Shown here in pieces: positions 10,403 to 19,694 of a stretch of DNA of 64,000 bases (positions are counted from its first letter, which is position 1; every line of letters starts with the position of its first letter). Both the position numbers and the translations under genes were made by a program. Under the pieces are notes generated by a model that was given only the letters and a program-made list of their open reading frames with translations, did not search any database and had not been told where the DNA came from. This stretch comes from Candidatus Ozemobacteraceae bacterium (lineage in GTDB: Bacteria; Muiribacteriota; Ozemobacteria; Ozemobacterales; Ozemobacteraceae): positions 576,001 to 640,000 of the forward strand of contig OZ223236.1 of assembly GCA_965140445.1 (NCBI GenBank). Direction: 5' to 3'.

Positions 10403-11047
10403 TTAAGTGACTATTTTTAAAAAACCTTTTGCCATGTAAATACTGTCAGGAGGTACTATCATTTTACCAAGAAATTGCTTTCTATTGATACCTGTTTCAT
10501 AGTTTCGGAAAAGGAAATTTACAATTTCAGTACAGCTAAACTCTGTTGGGTCGTCAAAGTTGAAATCAAAATCATAGGGTTTTCCAATAATTTGATTCAT
10601 TTCGGCTATTAGCTTTTCTTTATTAAAGCTAAAGTTAGGCCTGAGAATACAGACGTGGTCTGTTTTCATAAAATCGAATAGGCTTTCAGTATTAACCCCA
10701 TCAGAAGTTGCATGTAGTATTGTTGAAAAGGCCTGGTTCTCTTTTATGCAAATTGCAGCATGGTTCCAATATCCAGGGATAAAGACCTTGTCAAGATAAG
10801 TGTCATAGCGCCTTAAGAGTATATCAAACTGCTTTATCTGTTTTGCTGCTTTTTCAAACTTTTCTCCGCTTATTTTATAGCCTTTAGGGTGATAAAGGAA
10901 AAATAATGGGTATGGATAAATCCTTATATCACCGAAGATCGTGAAAATCTTTTTCTGAAGGGAAGACGTTAGAAGTTTCAATTTTCTGGAAAGCAAATTT
11001 TTCTCCCGATGTAAATAGACCCCAAGGCTCTGTGAGCCATGAACCAA
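10403..11047 (-). CDS. YiiX/YaeF-like permuted papain amidase (peptidase C92 / NlpC-P60 superfamily); start uncertain (TTG at 10996 possible)
   Basis: PGYWNHAAI, ILHAT, GKPYDFDF, FSCTEIV; His comes before Cys, the permuted order. Confidence 0.8.
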   Translation of the reverse strand: MVHGSQSLGVYLHREKNLLSRKLKLLTSSLQKKIFTIFGDIRIYPYPLFFLYHPKGYKISGEKFEKAAKQIKQFDILLRRYDTYLDKVFIPGYWNHAAICIKENQAFSTILHATSDGVNTESLFDFMKTDHVCILRPNFSFNKEKLIAEMNQIIGKPYDFDFNFDDPTEFSCTEIVNFLFRNYETGINRKQFLGKMIVPPDSIYMAKGFLKIVT

Positions 11048-11618
11048 GGTTAAAAATGTTTTTCCCGTTTACTACTCTATGACCACCCTTATGGGTATGG
11101 CCAATTATTGCGTAATTAAGATTTTTCATTTTTTCATTGGTTGCAGCGTTAAATTCAATTTTTTTTGAATAGGCATTAGCGTAGCTTGTTATATATGTTC
11201 TTAGGTCTTTTCCCAATAATTTGGATAGCAGGTAAACATATTCATCTGCAATTCTTCCTATTATTCCTGTGTCTTTAAAATTCGGATCAAAAAGATGTCC
11301 GTGGGTAACAAGTAATTCGTTCTTTCCAAGCATTAGACTACTGAAATTCTTTGCCACTTCGTGAAAAGGATTAATTTTTGCATACTTATGATCATGATTT
11401 CCAGCAATATAAACAATTGAGGAGATGCCATCAAAAAGTTTTGCTGCTTTGTCTGGGTGAACATGTCGCCATGCATCGAAGACATCTCCAATAAGGTGAA
11501 GTTCTATTTTATCTTTTTTCACCCTTTTCAGAAATGTTTCAAGGAGCTTCATGTCCACAAAGCAATTACCTAGATGCAAATCTGAGATAAATGCTTTTTC
11601 TATTTTAAAATTATTCAT
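10929..11618 (-). CDS. LpxH-like calcineurin-family metallophosphoesterase
   Basis: ISDLHLG, IGDVFD, GNHD, THGH, GHTH, NLGSW motifs. Confidence 0.85.
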   Translation of the reverse strand: MNNFKIEKAFISDLHLGNCFVDMKLLETFLKRVKKDKIELHLIGDVFDAWRHVHPDKAAKLFDGISSIVYIAGNHDHKYAKINPFHEVAKNFSSLMLGKNELLVTHGHLFDPNFKDTGIIGRIADEYVYLLSKLLGKDLRTYITSYANAYSKKIEFNAATNEKMKNLNYAIIGHTHKGGHRVVNGKNIFNLGSWLTEPWGLFTSGEKFAFQKIETSNVFPSEKDFHDLR

Positions 11619-11619
11619 T

Positions 11620-12324
11620 TTAAATTACCCATTCTTTAAGATCTTCTGAGAAAAATGCAGCAAGAACCAGCAGAAACGCCAGGAATAGAATCCCTAAAAC
11701 CATATTCATAAAGCCATAGTGAGAAAATGGCATCAGGGAAAAGGAATACTTGCCATTTGCCAATTTCACAGGTTTTGCAGAATGCTCGGATTTGGGGTCT
11801 ACCATTGTGGCTCCTGTGATTCCAGCGAACTTTTCTGAAAGAATTTTGCTGGTGCTAAAGTCTTCTGTTAGCCAATTGGAAATTGGAACGACTTGCCCAT
11901 TATGTAAAACTATAATCGATCTGTAGGCCCACCATGTTCCATGCTGATTTCTGTGCTTTATTCCCTCTACTGTTGCCGCATCAATGTTTTTGAAAGTGGA
12001 CAAAAGCGAATAGCTCTTATACCAAAGGAATTTAAAATGGTAATACATTCCATTTTTTTCAAGATCCAGGATATAGTAATTATCAGTGTTTCGATACATT
12101 ATAAACCCTGAAACAAGAACAAAAAATAATGCTATGCTTACCATATTGCTTAAGTCAGAAGACGCATCTATTACAATGGCCAATAAAGACAATGGAAAAC
12201 CTATTGCTCCTAAAATTGTTTGCCAGTATAAGAATTGTTCAAGTGGTGTTTTTAAATCAAATTTTTCTTTGCTGGTTGAGAAGTTTTCAGGAAAACTCAT
12301 TTCGTCCTTTTTTTCTCTTAGCAT
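11620..12324 (-). CDS. membrane protein, paralogue of the adjacent gene
   Basis: Three TM segments; shares TPLE, NTDNYYILD, YHFKF and WWxYR with 12324-13124. Confidence 0.75.
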   Translation of the reverse strand: MLREKKDEMSFPENFSTSKEKFDLKTPLEQFLYWQTILGAIGFPLSLLAIVIDASSDLSNMVSIALFFVLVSGFIMYRNTDNYYILDLEKNGMYYHFKFLWYKSYSLLSTFKNIDAATVEGIKHRNQHGTWWAYRSIIVLHNGQVVPISNWLTEDFSTSKILSEKFAGITGATMVDPKSEHSAKPVKLANGKYSFSLMPFSHYGFMNMVLGILFLAFLLVLAAFFSEDLKEWVI

Positions 12325-13124
12325 TAGTTCATTAAACCAATTAAGTTATGTAAAAAATGCAATAACAATCCAAGCGCAGCGACTGAAAAAATTATTAGAA
12401 TCGGAGTTCCAAGGTTACCCAGGGAATCAAAAAATGAGTAGGGTTTTACGCTAAAAGTGTATTTTCCGTCAATGCCACGAACTTTTCTAACGGTGCTTTG
12501 CTCATAGGATTCCACCAAGTTAGCCCCAGTCAAAGTCGCAAAGTTTTTTGCCTTTTTCATTGCATTCAAAAAGTCATATTTTTTCCAGTCCGAAAGAGGA
12601 ACTATCTTACCTGAGTCCAACACCATAGCGGTTCTGTATTCCCACCATGAAGAATGTTTACTGCTTTGCTTGCGGCAAAGAACTGTTGTGGCATGAATTT
12701 GTGAGAAATTTGCAAATACGCTAAGATCTTGTTTTCCAAAAAACTTAAAATGATAGAGCATCGCTTTGCGATTTGAGTCAAGGATGTAATAGTTATCAGT
12801 GTTTTTGTAACAGATTCCAAAAATAGTTGATAATAATGTGCCAGCGGTAACGGCTGTACGAAAAAACGATGTGGCACCATCTTCTAAATATCCAATTAGT
12901 GCCATTAGCAAGACGAAAAAGCCTGTCATCATTCCCCAGAAGAAAAGGGTTTCTAAAGGTGTATCAAGGTCTAGTTTAACCTTTGAAGGGATGTGGATAT
13001 CGCTTTGCTGGTTCTGATAAGGATCGGACTGGTAGTTATTAGAAGGTGGTGGAGCATATATACTGTTTTCACCCGTAGCCGTATTATCCTGCTGAAAGTT
13101 CCAACCATTATTATTGGAATTCAT
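12324..13124 (-). CDS. membrane protein with N/Q/P-rich N-terminus, paralogue of the adjacent gene
   Basis: Start moved to the ATG at 13124, after GGGAGGAG; shared motifs as above. Confidence 0.75.
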   Translation of the reverse strand: MNSNNNGWNFQQDNTATGENSIYAPPPSNNYQSDPYQNQQSDIHIPSKVKLDLDTPLETLFFWGMMTGFFVLLMALIGYLEDGATSFFRTAVTAGTLLSTIFGICYKNTDNYYILDSNRKAMLYHFKFFGKQDLSVFANFSQIHATTVLCRKQSSKHSSWWEYRTAMVLDSGKIVPLSDWKKYDFLNAMKKAKNFATLTGANLVESYEQSTVRKVRGIDGKYTFSVKPYSFFDSLGNLGTPILIIFSVAALGLLLHFLHNLIGLMN

Positions 13125-13255
13125 TTTCTCCTCCCAAACTTTTATTAAATATATTATACAAGCGTTTTTGAGCTTGATCCAAAAAAAAATGGAAAATTGG
13201 GAACTTTTGTTTTGTGTAAAAGTCAAAATAGTTAAAGGCAATAAGGAGGTAAGTT

Positions 13256-13858
13256 ATGAAAAAGGTAATGTTATTAGTTTTTTCCGTTGCTGCAATTTTT
13301 ATGTTTTTTGGGGTTATGGAATCTCATGCCCAGATTAAAGATGTTCTAGCTACTAATACTCCATCCGTAGAAGAAAATTTACCATTCAGCCGAAGCTTTC
13401 CATCAAGCAATTTATTTGATGAAATGGAAAAAGAAATGGACGAAATGCTCAATGGGTTCAGACAAAGGTCATTTTCTCCTGGATTTAACCAGTTTGGAAT
13501 TCCAGGTATGAATACTGTTTCTTTGCAGGGAAATTCTGAGATCAGGCAGGAAGGTGACAACCTTATTGTTGCCGTGGATATGCCCGGCCATGAAAAAGAA
13601 GCCATTGATTTGAGAATTAAAGACAACAAGCTTGTAATTAAATCTGAAAGAAAGTCTCAAATTGAAGAGAAAGATGGTAAAAAACTTTATCGCCGCGAAA
13701 TTTCTTATGGAAGCTTTTCCAGAGTTATTCCATTTCCTCGAAAAGTAATTAAAGAAAAAGTTGAAGCTTCGCTCAATAATGGTGTTCTAACTGTTGTTGC
13801 TCCAATTGACACTTCTGTTGATGAGAACGAAAATGGTTTCAAAGTTAATGTTAAATAG
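13256..13858 (+). CDS. Hsp20/alpha-crystallin family protein with N-terminal signal peptide
   Basis: VDMPG, LVIKSER, REISYGSFSRVIPFP, ASLNNGVLTV; RBS AAGGAGG; signal peptide ending in SHA. Confidence 0.9.
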   Translation: MKKVMLLVFSVAAIFMFFGVMESHAQIKDVLATNTPSVEENLPFSRSFPSSNLFDEMEKEMDEMLNGFRQRSFSPGFNQFGIPGMNTVSLQGNSEIRQEGDNLIVAVDMPGHEKEAIDLRIKDNKLVIKSERKSQIEEKDGKKLYRREISYGSFSRVIPFPRKVIKEKVEASLNNGVLTVVAPIDTSVDENENGFKVNVK

Positions 13859-13904
13859 TTTGTGATCCTCCTCTCTAAATCCCTAACTCTCCAAACTTAA
13901 ATTT

Positions 13905-13935
13905 ACCGCTACCCAATAGGTGGCGGTTTTTTTTT
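13905..13935 (+). terminator. intrinsic terminator after the Hsp20 gene
   Basis: ACCGCTACC-CAATA-GGTGGCGGT followed by a T-tract. Confidence 0.85.
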
Positions 13936-14023
13936 ATGAATTTACAAACAAAACCAGCAGTGAAAAAAACAGAAATTTGTAGTATACTTTCCCACTGAAA
14001 TCAATTGTATTGGAGTTTTGCTG

Positions 14024-15652
14024 ATGTACATAAAAAAGGGAATTACCCTGTTAATGCTTTTGGCTGGCATTTTTCTTATAGGATGCTTAAGTAATCCGAC
14101 GGGCAATGATTTAGTTGAACAGCCTGCTGCAACTACTTCTGGCCAGGCTAACCTTAAAATAAATCTTTCACCTGATACAGCGGCCACCCTAAGAGCTGCG
14201 GCAACAACTGCAAATTATGTAAAAGTTGTTGTAACGATTGTAAATCCTGGCAACAGCACAACTCCTTTTGTAAGAATGATAAAAACTGCCGACATCGTAA
14301 GTGGTGCCGCAAGTGTTTCATTCTCATCCATTCCTGCTCAGCCGGTACTTGTTCAAATTTTGATTAATAATGGAACTTTAAATGGAAGTAGAAATTTCCA
14401 TGCTGCAGCTGATTTGAAAGCAGGCGATAACAGTGTTACTCCTTCGGCTGTTGGATCTGGCGATAGAACTGATTTAATTGCCAACATTGTTCAGGTTATT
14501 GTGAACTCCAAAGAACTTGTGCAAAGTTCTTCTACTACTCTTGTTGCTACGATTGATACAAACACAACCGGCTTAACTGATTTTACTCAGGCTCTAACAA
14601 AGGCAATTGGAGCTTTAAATCCAACTGGTTTGATTACTCTCGCTCAAGGCGCATCAAGCTCTATTTTATCTGGACTAAATGGCACTACTCCAAGCTGGAG
14701 CAAAAACGCTTCTGAGATTTTTGCAGCTGGCGAATTATGGGATGCAAATGTTGCAAATATGCAGGTTTCAAGCATTCTTAGACAGGGAGTTGGTGGTTTT
14801 GGTTATGTTGGCTGGAAGCATTCCACTGCGGTTGATTACGCTATAACAAAGATTTCTACAACTGATGGTGCTCGTCAGTCATACCTCAAAAACCCAGGAG
14901 CACTTAGCCACTTCATAGTATTGTCTGATAATTCAGTCGTGGCGGCCGGATTCAATTCCCATAAAAATACACCGGTAATCTGCAAATGGGCAGGAAGCGC
15001 TAATGCTAACACATTCTCTACTGGGGTCGCTGATGCTGGACTTGCGTGGTCTAATTACTTCGATGGAATCGCAAGTTATGGAACCCCATCAAACTTTAGC
15101 GTTCAAAGCATGGTTTCTGACATGGAAAACACTCTGTATCTAACTCTAAAGAATAGTGCGGATAATTCAACTCTGGACTATAGAATTGATATGAAAACTG
15201 GTGCAAGAGTCCTTGTTCCTGGCTCATTAGAAGATGGTGTTACCAAAATTACTGCTTCTTATAAAGCAATGCAGACTATTCTTGAGAATAACTCTCTTAG
15301 CGATTCTGTAAGAGTCAGCAACTTTATGGCTTACATTGCTACCGATTTTAAAGATATTGCTGGAACCCCTAATCGCGCTGATCTGGAATCAACGACTCTT
15401 AGCAGATTGCAAAGATATACCATTAATAGCTACTCATTTACTCAAAGCACTTTAACCGTTGTTGACAGTTCGACAATCACTGTGAAGACACCTATGATCG
15501 TTGATGTTAAACTTAAACCTGGTGCGGCAGGAGCTATAACTGCAGCTTATATTGTTGTTGATCCTGTTCCGACAATAACCTGGAAACGATATGGAACTTC
15601 ATGGCTAATTTATCAGGGATTGCCATATAAATCTTCAGAAATAGGCATTTAA
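14024..15652 (+). CDS. lipoprotein with probable C-terminal NTF2/SnoaL-like domain
   Basis: Lipobox LIGC; T/S/A/N-rich surface-protein composition; C-terminus FMAYIATDF...WKRYGTSWLI. Confidence 0.8.
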   Translation: MYIKKGITLLMLLAGIFLIGCLSNPTGNDLVEQPAATTSGQANLKINLSPDTAATLRAAATTANYVKVVVTIVNPGNSTTPFVRMIKTADIVSGAASVSFSSIPAQPVLVQILINNGTLNGSRNFHAAADLKAGDNSVTPSAVGSGDRTDLIANIVQVIVNSKELVQSSSTTLVATIDTNTTGLTDFTQALTKAIGALNPTGLITLAQGASSSILSGLNGTTPSWSKNASEIFAAGELWDANVANMQVSSILRQGVGGFGYVGWKHSTAVDYAITKISTTDGARQSYLKNPGALSHFIVLSDNSVVAAGFNSHKNTPVICKWAGSANANTFSTGVADAGLAWSNYFDGIASYGTPSNFSVQSMVSDMENTLYLTLKNSADNSTLDYRIDMKTGARVLVPGSLEDGVTKITASYKAMQTILENNSLSDSVRVSNFMAYIATDFKDIAGTPNRADLESTTLSRLQRYTINSYSFTQSTLTVVDSSTITVKTPMIVDVKLKPGAAGAITAAYIVVDPVPTITWKRYGTSWLIYQGLPYKSSEIGI

Positions 15653-15682
15653 AGCCTTTTAAAGAATTAAATCCGTAAGAAT

Positions 15683-15712
15683 AAGGGGTCAGAAAGCTGG
15701 CCCCTTTTATTT
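15683..15712 (+). terminator. intrinsic terminator
   Basis: AAGGGGTCAG-AAAG-CTGGCCCCTT followed by TTATTT. Confidence 0.7.
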
Positions 15713-15735
15713 AAAAAACAATAGGGAGAGAGAGA

Positions 15736-17040
15736 ATGTCAGAAGGAATAATTGCAAGATACAGAAAAATTCCAATTCTATATAGGATGCTTGGTGCTTT
15801 TATAATAGGAGCTATAATTGGAGTAGCTTGCTGGTATGCAGAAGCTAAGCATGGCGTTCAATTAAAGGGCCATCTGGAGACTTATCTTGCACCTTTTGGA
15901 CTTGTGCTGGTTAAGATGCTTAAAATGATCGTAGTGCCCCTTATTTTCTTTTCCCTGATTCAAGGCGCATCTAGCCTGCCGCTTAAGAAATTTGGCAAAA
16001 TTGGACTTAGAGTAATAGTTCTTTATCTGATTACTTCATTGCTAGCCGCTGTTGTTGGAACCGTTTTTGCTCTGGTCATTAATCCTGGTAAAGATGGAAT
16101 GAAGTTAGAAGCGGCTGCTGATGCTGTAAAAGTTCCAGATATGGCTGCAAGTTCAGGCGGTGGTTTAACAGCAATTTTTATGGGACTGTTTGAGAATCCA
16201 TTTAAAGCTTTGGCCGATAGCAATTTCTTGGCAATAATCGTTTTTGCAATTATGGCAGGACTCGCTCTTAGAATCATTCTTGATGATTCAAGCGAGGAAG
16301 AAGCTAAACAACATAGTGCCATATTAGATTTCATAGGAACCATGAACAAAATTCTTTTCGTTCTGGTTGATTGGATTATGGACTACGCTCCAATTGGAAT
16401 TTTTGCTCTGACTATCGTAAATTTTACCAAATATGGACCAGACCTTGCCGGACCTTATTTTAATATTGCCATTGGCGTTATAATGGGAATTGCTCTGATG
16501 ATTTTTGTTGTTTATTCGGGGTTGATTATAGTTTTGACCAAAACGAGCCCGGTTAAGTTTTTTAAGTTTGCTCAGGAAGCAATGATTACTGCGTTTGTGA
16601 CTCGAAGTTCCGGAGCAACCCTTCCCGTATCACTAAAAACAGCTATTGATGATTTGAAAATTAAAAAAGAATTGGCAGAATTTTCATTGCCATTAGGAGC
16701 GACTGTAAACATGGATGGAGTTTGTATCCACCTTCCAATGTTTGCAATTTTGGCGGCCAACCTGTTTGGTATTAAACTTGGTTTTGCTTCATTGCTTGTA
16801 CTGGTTATTACCACTGTGTTAGCGGCTGTCGGAGCCGGTGGAATCCCTGGCGGAAGTTTAATGCTTCTATTTATAATCTTGAACTCAATGGGATTGAACG
16901 AGATTCAAATTTCTCAGGTTGTTGCTTTTGCTCTTGGAATCAACCCAATTCTGGATATGTTTGAAACTATGAATAATGTGGCTGGCGATCTTTCATGTAC
17001 CTATATTGTTGCTTGCAAAGAGGACATGATCGAAAAATAA
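15736..17040 (+). CDS. dicarboxylate/amino acid:cation symporter (DAACS), SstT-like
   Basis: LKMIVVPLIF, TRSSGATLP, LGATVNMDG, GGIPGG, DMFETMNNVAGD. Confidence 0.92.
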   Translation: MSEGIIARYRKIPILYRMLGAFIIGAIIGVACWYAEAKHGVQLKGHLETYLAPFGLVLVKMLKMIVVPLIFFSLIQGASSLPLKKFGKIGLRVIVLYLITSLLAAVVGTVFALVINPGKDGMKLEAAADAVKVPDMAASSGGGLTAIFMGLFENPFKALADSNFLAIIVFAIMAGLALRIILDDSSEEEAKQHSAILDFIGTMNKILFVLVDWIMDYAPIGIFALTIVNFTKYGPDLAGPYFNIAIGVIMGIALMIFVVYSGLIIVLTKTSPVKFFKFAQEAMITAFVTRSSGATLPVSLKTAIDDLKIKKELAEFSLPLGATVNMDGVCIHLPMFAILAANLFGIKLGFASLLVLVITTVLAAVGAGGIPGGSLMLLFIILNSMGLNEIQISQVVAFALGINPILDMFETMNNVAGDLSCTYIVACKEDMIEK

Positions 17041-17061
17041 ACTATGTAAAAAAAATCTTAC

Positions 17062-17098
17062 AAAATTCCGTTTTCCTATTGTGGAAGACGGAATTTTT
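17062..17098 (+). terminator. intrinsic terminator
   Basis: AAAATTCCGTTTTCC-loop-GGAAGACGGAATTTT. Confidence 0.75.
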
Positions 17099-17204
17099 CA
17101 TTAGAATCATATTCAATAAATAGAAAGTATTACCTGTGGGTTGGGACAAAAAAAATATATAAGGATCTGCGGGGTAAAAGCAATTGGAACACGATAGGCA
17201 TTCT

Positions 17205-17324
17205 ATGATTTGCACTGCCTTGATGTTGGCGTTAATTCTTGGTTTTATTGGTATTTCAAATAGTCATAGCGCTCCAGATGGAGTAAATGCAGGAGTTAAA
17301 GTCAATCAGGCTCAATCAAAGTAA
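17205..17324 (+). CDS. putative small secreted/membrane peptide (39 aa; 46 aa from the TTG at 17184), not in the ORF track
   Basis: MICTALMLALILGFIGISNSHSAPDGVNAGVKVNQAQSK; hydrophobic core; stop sits next to the stop of the convergent gene. Confidence 0.45.
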   Translation: MICTALMLALILGFIGISNSHSAPDGVNAGVKVNQAQSK

Positions 17325-17326
17325 AG

Positions 17327-19678
17327 TTAATATTCTCCAAAGGAAGAAGAGTAAATTTGCAGAGCTTCTGCCAGTTCTGAATATGATTCGGGGATTATTG
17401 ACATAAGCTTTCTTATAACAAAGATGTTATTTGGTCTTGCAATTGCGAGCTCAGATAGCAGGTCGATTATTGTTTCTTTATCCCCTTCCAGCACTTTGAT
17501 CTGAATCATTGCGTTATATAAATTCATTGATGGCTCAGTAAGGTGATGAAGTCTTTCTAACATCAGATCTGCACCGTTGCCATGAAGTGAACGACATAGT
17601 GCCATACACCCATCCAATAGATCCTTGTAAAGGCTCTTTGCTCTATTTCCGTAATCCGTTGCTTTTTCCAGATTTCCCGTTTTTAAAGAAAGGCGATATG
17701 CGTCCAGTAGATCTGCTAAAATGCATGGATGCTCGCTTAGACAGATTTCCAATAGAGACAAGGCTTTGTCAAATTGCCCGTCCATTGTGCAAAAAGCAGA
17801 AAGCATTCTTTTTACAACGTGCGAAGAAGGGAATCTTCGAGATTTTTCTTCAAGAATCCACAGACTTTTTTTGCGATCTCCATTTGCTATAGCCATTTCT
17901 TTGAAAACATCAGGCAGTTCAAGACCAGAAAGCAATCCCGAAATATTTTGCTCGGTTTTTCTCTGAATTCTTACCTTTCTTGATATTGCCAGTGGAAGCG
18001 GGTGATCTGTATCAAGAACAGGCGGTTGTATGCGCAGTAGTTGTCCAAGTGAATGACATGCTGATAATACAGATACCGGAGAGGGTATCAGCAGCATTCT
18101 ATTCAAGGTTGGAATAATATCAAGTTGCCCTAGCAGAAAAAGGTTTCTGGCTGATGCGCTTCTTACACGTGGAGAAGGGTCTTTTAGTCCTTGTGTAAAA
18201 TAAGAAACAGCTTTTCCCCCACAGGTAATCATGGAATTAATCATATTTGCCCTGACTCTAGGGTCCGGGTGATTGTTAAAAGCAGAAAAAAGGAGAAGGC
18301 TGTCTGTGCCGATTTTTCCTAAACTTGCAAGAAGAGATGCTATGACATGTGGGTGATGCTCTTTTTCAAGAGCAGCCAAAACTAATGGCTCGGCAGGTTT
18401 TCCTAGAATTCCGCATAAAACGGCAGTCTGGCTTCTTTTAAAAGGGTCGGTTGATTTTAGAAGTCTTGAAAACCGAGGTAACAGTATATCTGTAACATCA
18501 ATGCTTCTTCTGAGTTTTGAAAGCAGTTTTCGTAGACTTAGAATTATTTGTCTGATAACGTTCCCGCTCTTTTCCTGATCGAGTTTTCTTGAAAGAATAG
18601 GAATTGAGGTTTCGGGATTTATGCTACCAAGAGCTTCAGCTGCATGTTGTCGAAGGAGTTTGTTTTCCTGACTGTTAAGTGCTTCTTCAATCTGTCCTAA
18701 GGCTTTAATTGAGCCATAATTCCAGGCAAGGCCTGCCGCAAAACAAGCTATCTGAGGATTTTTGTCGCTTAGCATGCTTTTAAAGCACTTTGCTTTGTCT
18801 TCTGCTGGCGCTGGAAACAGGTCTACTGCGAGAAGTGCAGAATACCTTAAATCTGCATTTTCATGGTGGAGATAGCCGGTTATAAGCGGCCATACTTCTT
18901 CTTTGCCAGTTCTTGCAACCAGAGGCAGGAGCCATGATTTTTTCTGATTATCAGAAGTTTCTTTCAATAAAGAAAGAATCATTAAAAAGACTCGGTTTCC
19001 ACCACAGGCTAATAATGCGTGAATGGCTTCTTTTGCAATACTTTTTTCAGGAGATCTTATTAAAAGAAGAATTTGATCGGTTAACTCCGGGACGGGATGA
19101 ATTTGCAGGGCAAGTAAAACAGGTAGCAGACGAGCTGGAGAACTTGAATAGAGCTCTCTTTGCAAGAGTCTGACCCTTTCTTGACCACCTGGAAGAGATG
19201 CAAGAAGCAAAGCGAAACCATCTGGTAACAAGAATCCAGAAGACTCCTGAACAAGTGGCAGTCCTGGAGTGGCACCACTGAATACACTTTCATAAGTAAC
19301 TGGCTCATCCAGCGATCTCAAAACCTTTTCAACCAATCCAACATTTAGATGGTCTGGAGAAAATGCGAGCGCTTTAAGCGCAGCAATTCTCATTTGCACT
19401 GGGCCAGAACAGGCTCTTTTGGCAAGAAGTTCGATTGATTCACCGAAGATTTCGCTCCATGCTTTTTTTACCAGCACTGGAGCAGGATACAACTTTTTCA
19501 GCCCAAGAAATGCAAGTAGAGCAGTGGTAGTGTCCTCGGAATGTAGTAAATCTTCAAAAATTTCACGATCAGAGGGTTGCGGTTCTCTGACAATTGCCGC
19601 AAGAGCCATTCTTCTTGTCCAGCTGTCTGAAGAATGCATCTGGTCTCGTGGATTTTTTAAGAAACTATCTGCGAACAT
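17327..19678 (-). CDS. HEAT-repeat protein
   Basis: Repeated DPxPRVRxxAxxxL-type units (DPRVRANM, DPSPRVRSASARNL, LRQHAAEALG). Confidence 0.85.
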   Translation of the reverse strand: MFADSFLKNPRDQMHSSDSWTRRMALAAIVREPQPSDREIFEDLLHSEDTTTALLAFLGLKKLYPAPVLVKKAWSEIFGESIELLAKRACSGPVQMRIAALKALAFSPDHLNVGLVEKVLRSLDEPVTYESVFSGATPGLPLVQESSGFLLPDGFALLLASLPGGQERVRLLQRELYSSSPARLLPVLLALQIHPVPELTDQILLLIRSPEKSIAKEAIHALLACGGNRVFLMILSLLKETSDNQKKSWLLPLVARTGKEEVWPLITGYLHHENADLRYSALLAVDLFPAPAEDKAKCFKSMLSDKNPQIACFAAGLAWNYGSIKALGQIEEALNSQENKLLRQHAAEALGSINPETSIPILSRKLDQEKSGNVIRQIILSLRKLLSKLRRSIDVTDILLPRFSRLLKSTDPFKRSQTAVLCGILGKPAEPLVLAALEKEHHPHVIASLLASLGKIGTDSLLLFSAFNNHPDPRVRANMINSMITCGGKAVSYFTQGLKDPSPRVRSASARNLFLLGQLDIIPTLNRMLLIPSPVSVLSACHSLGQLLRIQPPVLDTDHPLPLAISRKVRIQRKTEQNISGLLSGLELPDVFKEMAIANGDRKKSLWILEEKSRRFPSSHVVKRMLSAFCTMDGQFDKALSLLEICLSEHPCILADLLDAYRLSLKTGNLEKATDYGNRAKSLYKDLLDGCMALCRSLHGNGADLMLERLHHLTEPSMNLYNAMIQIKVLEGDKETIIDLLSELAIARPNNIFVIRKLMSIIPESYSELAEALQIYSSSFGEY

Positions 19679-19694
19679 CCTATTAGCCTTAAAA

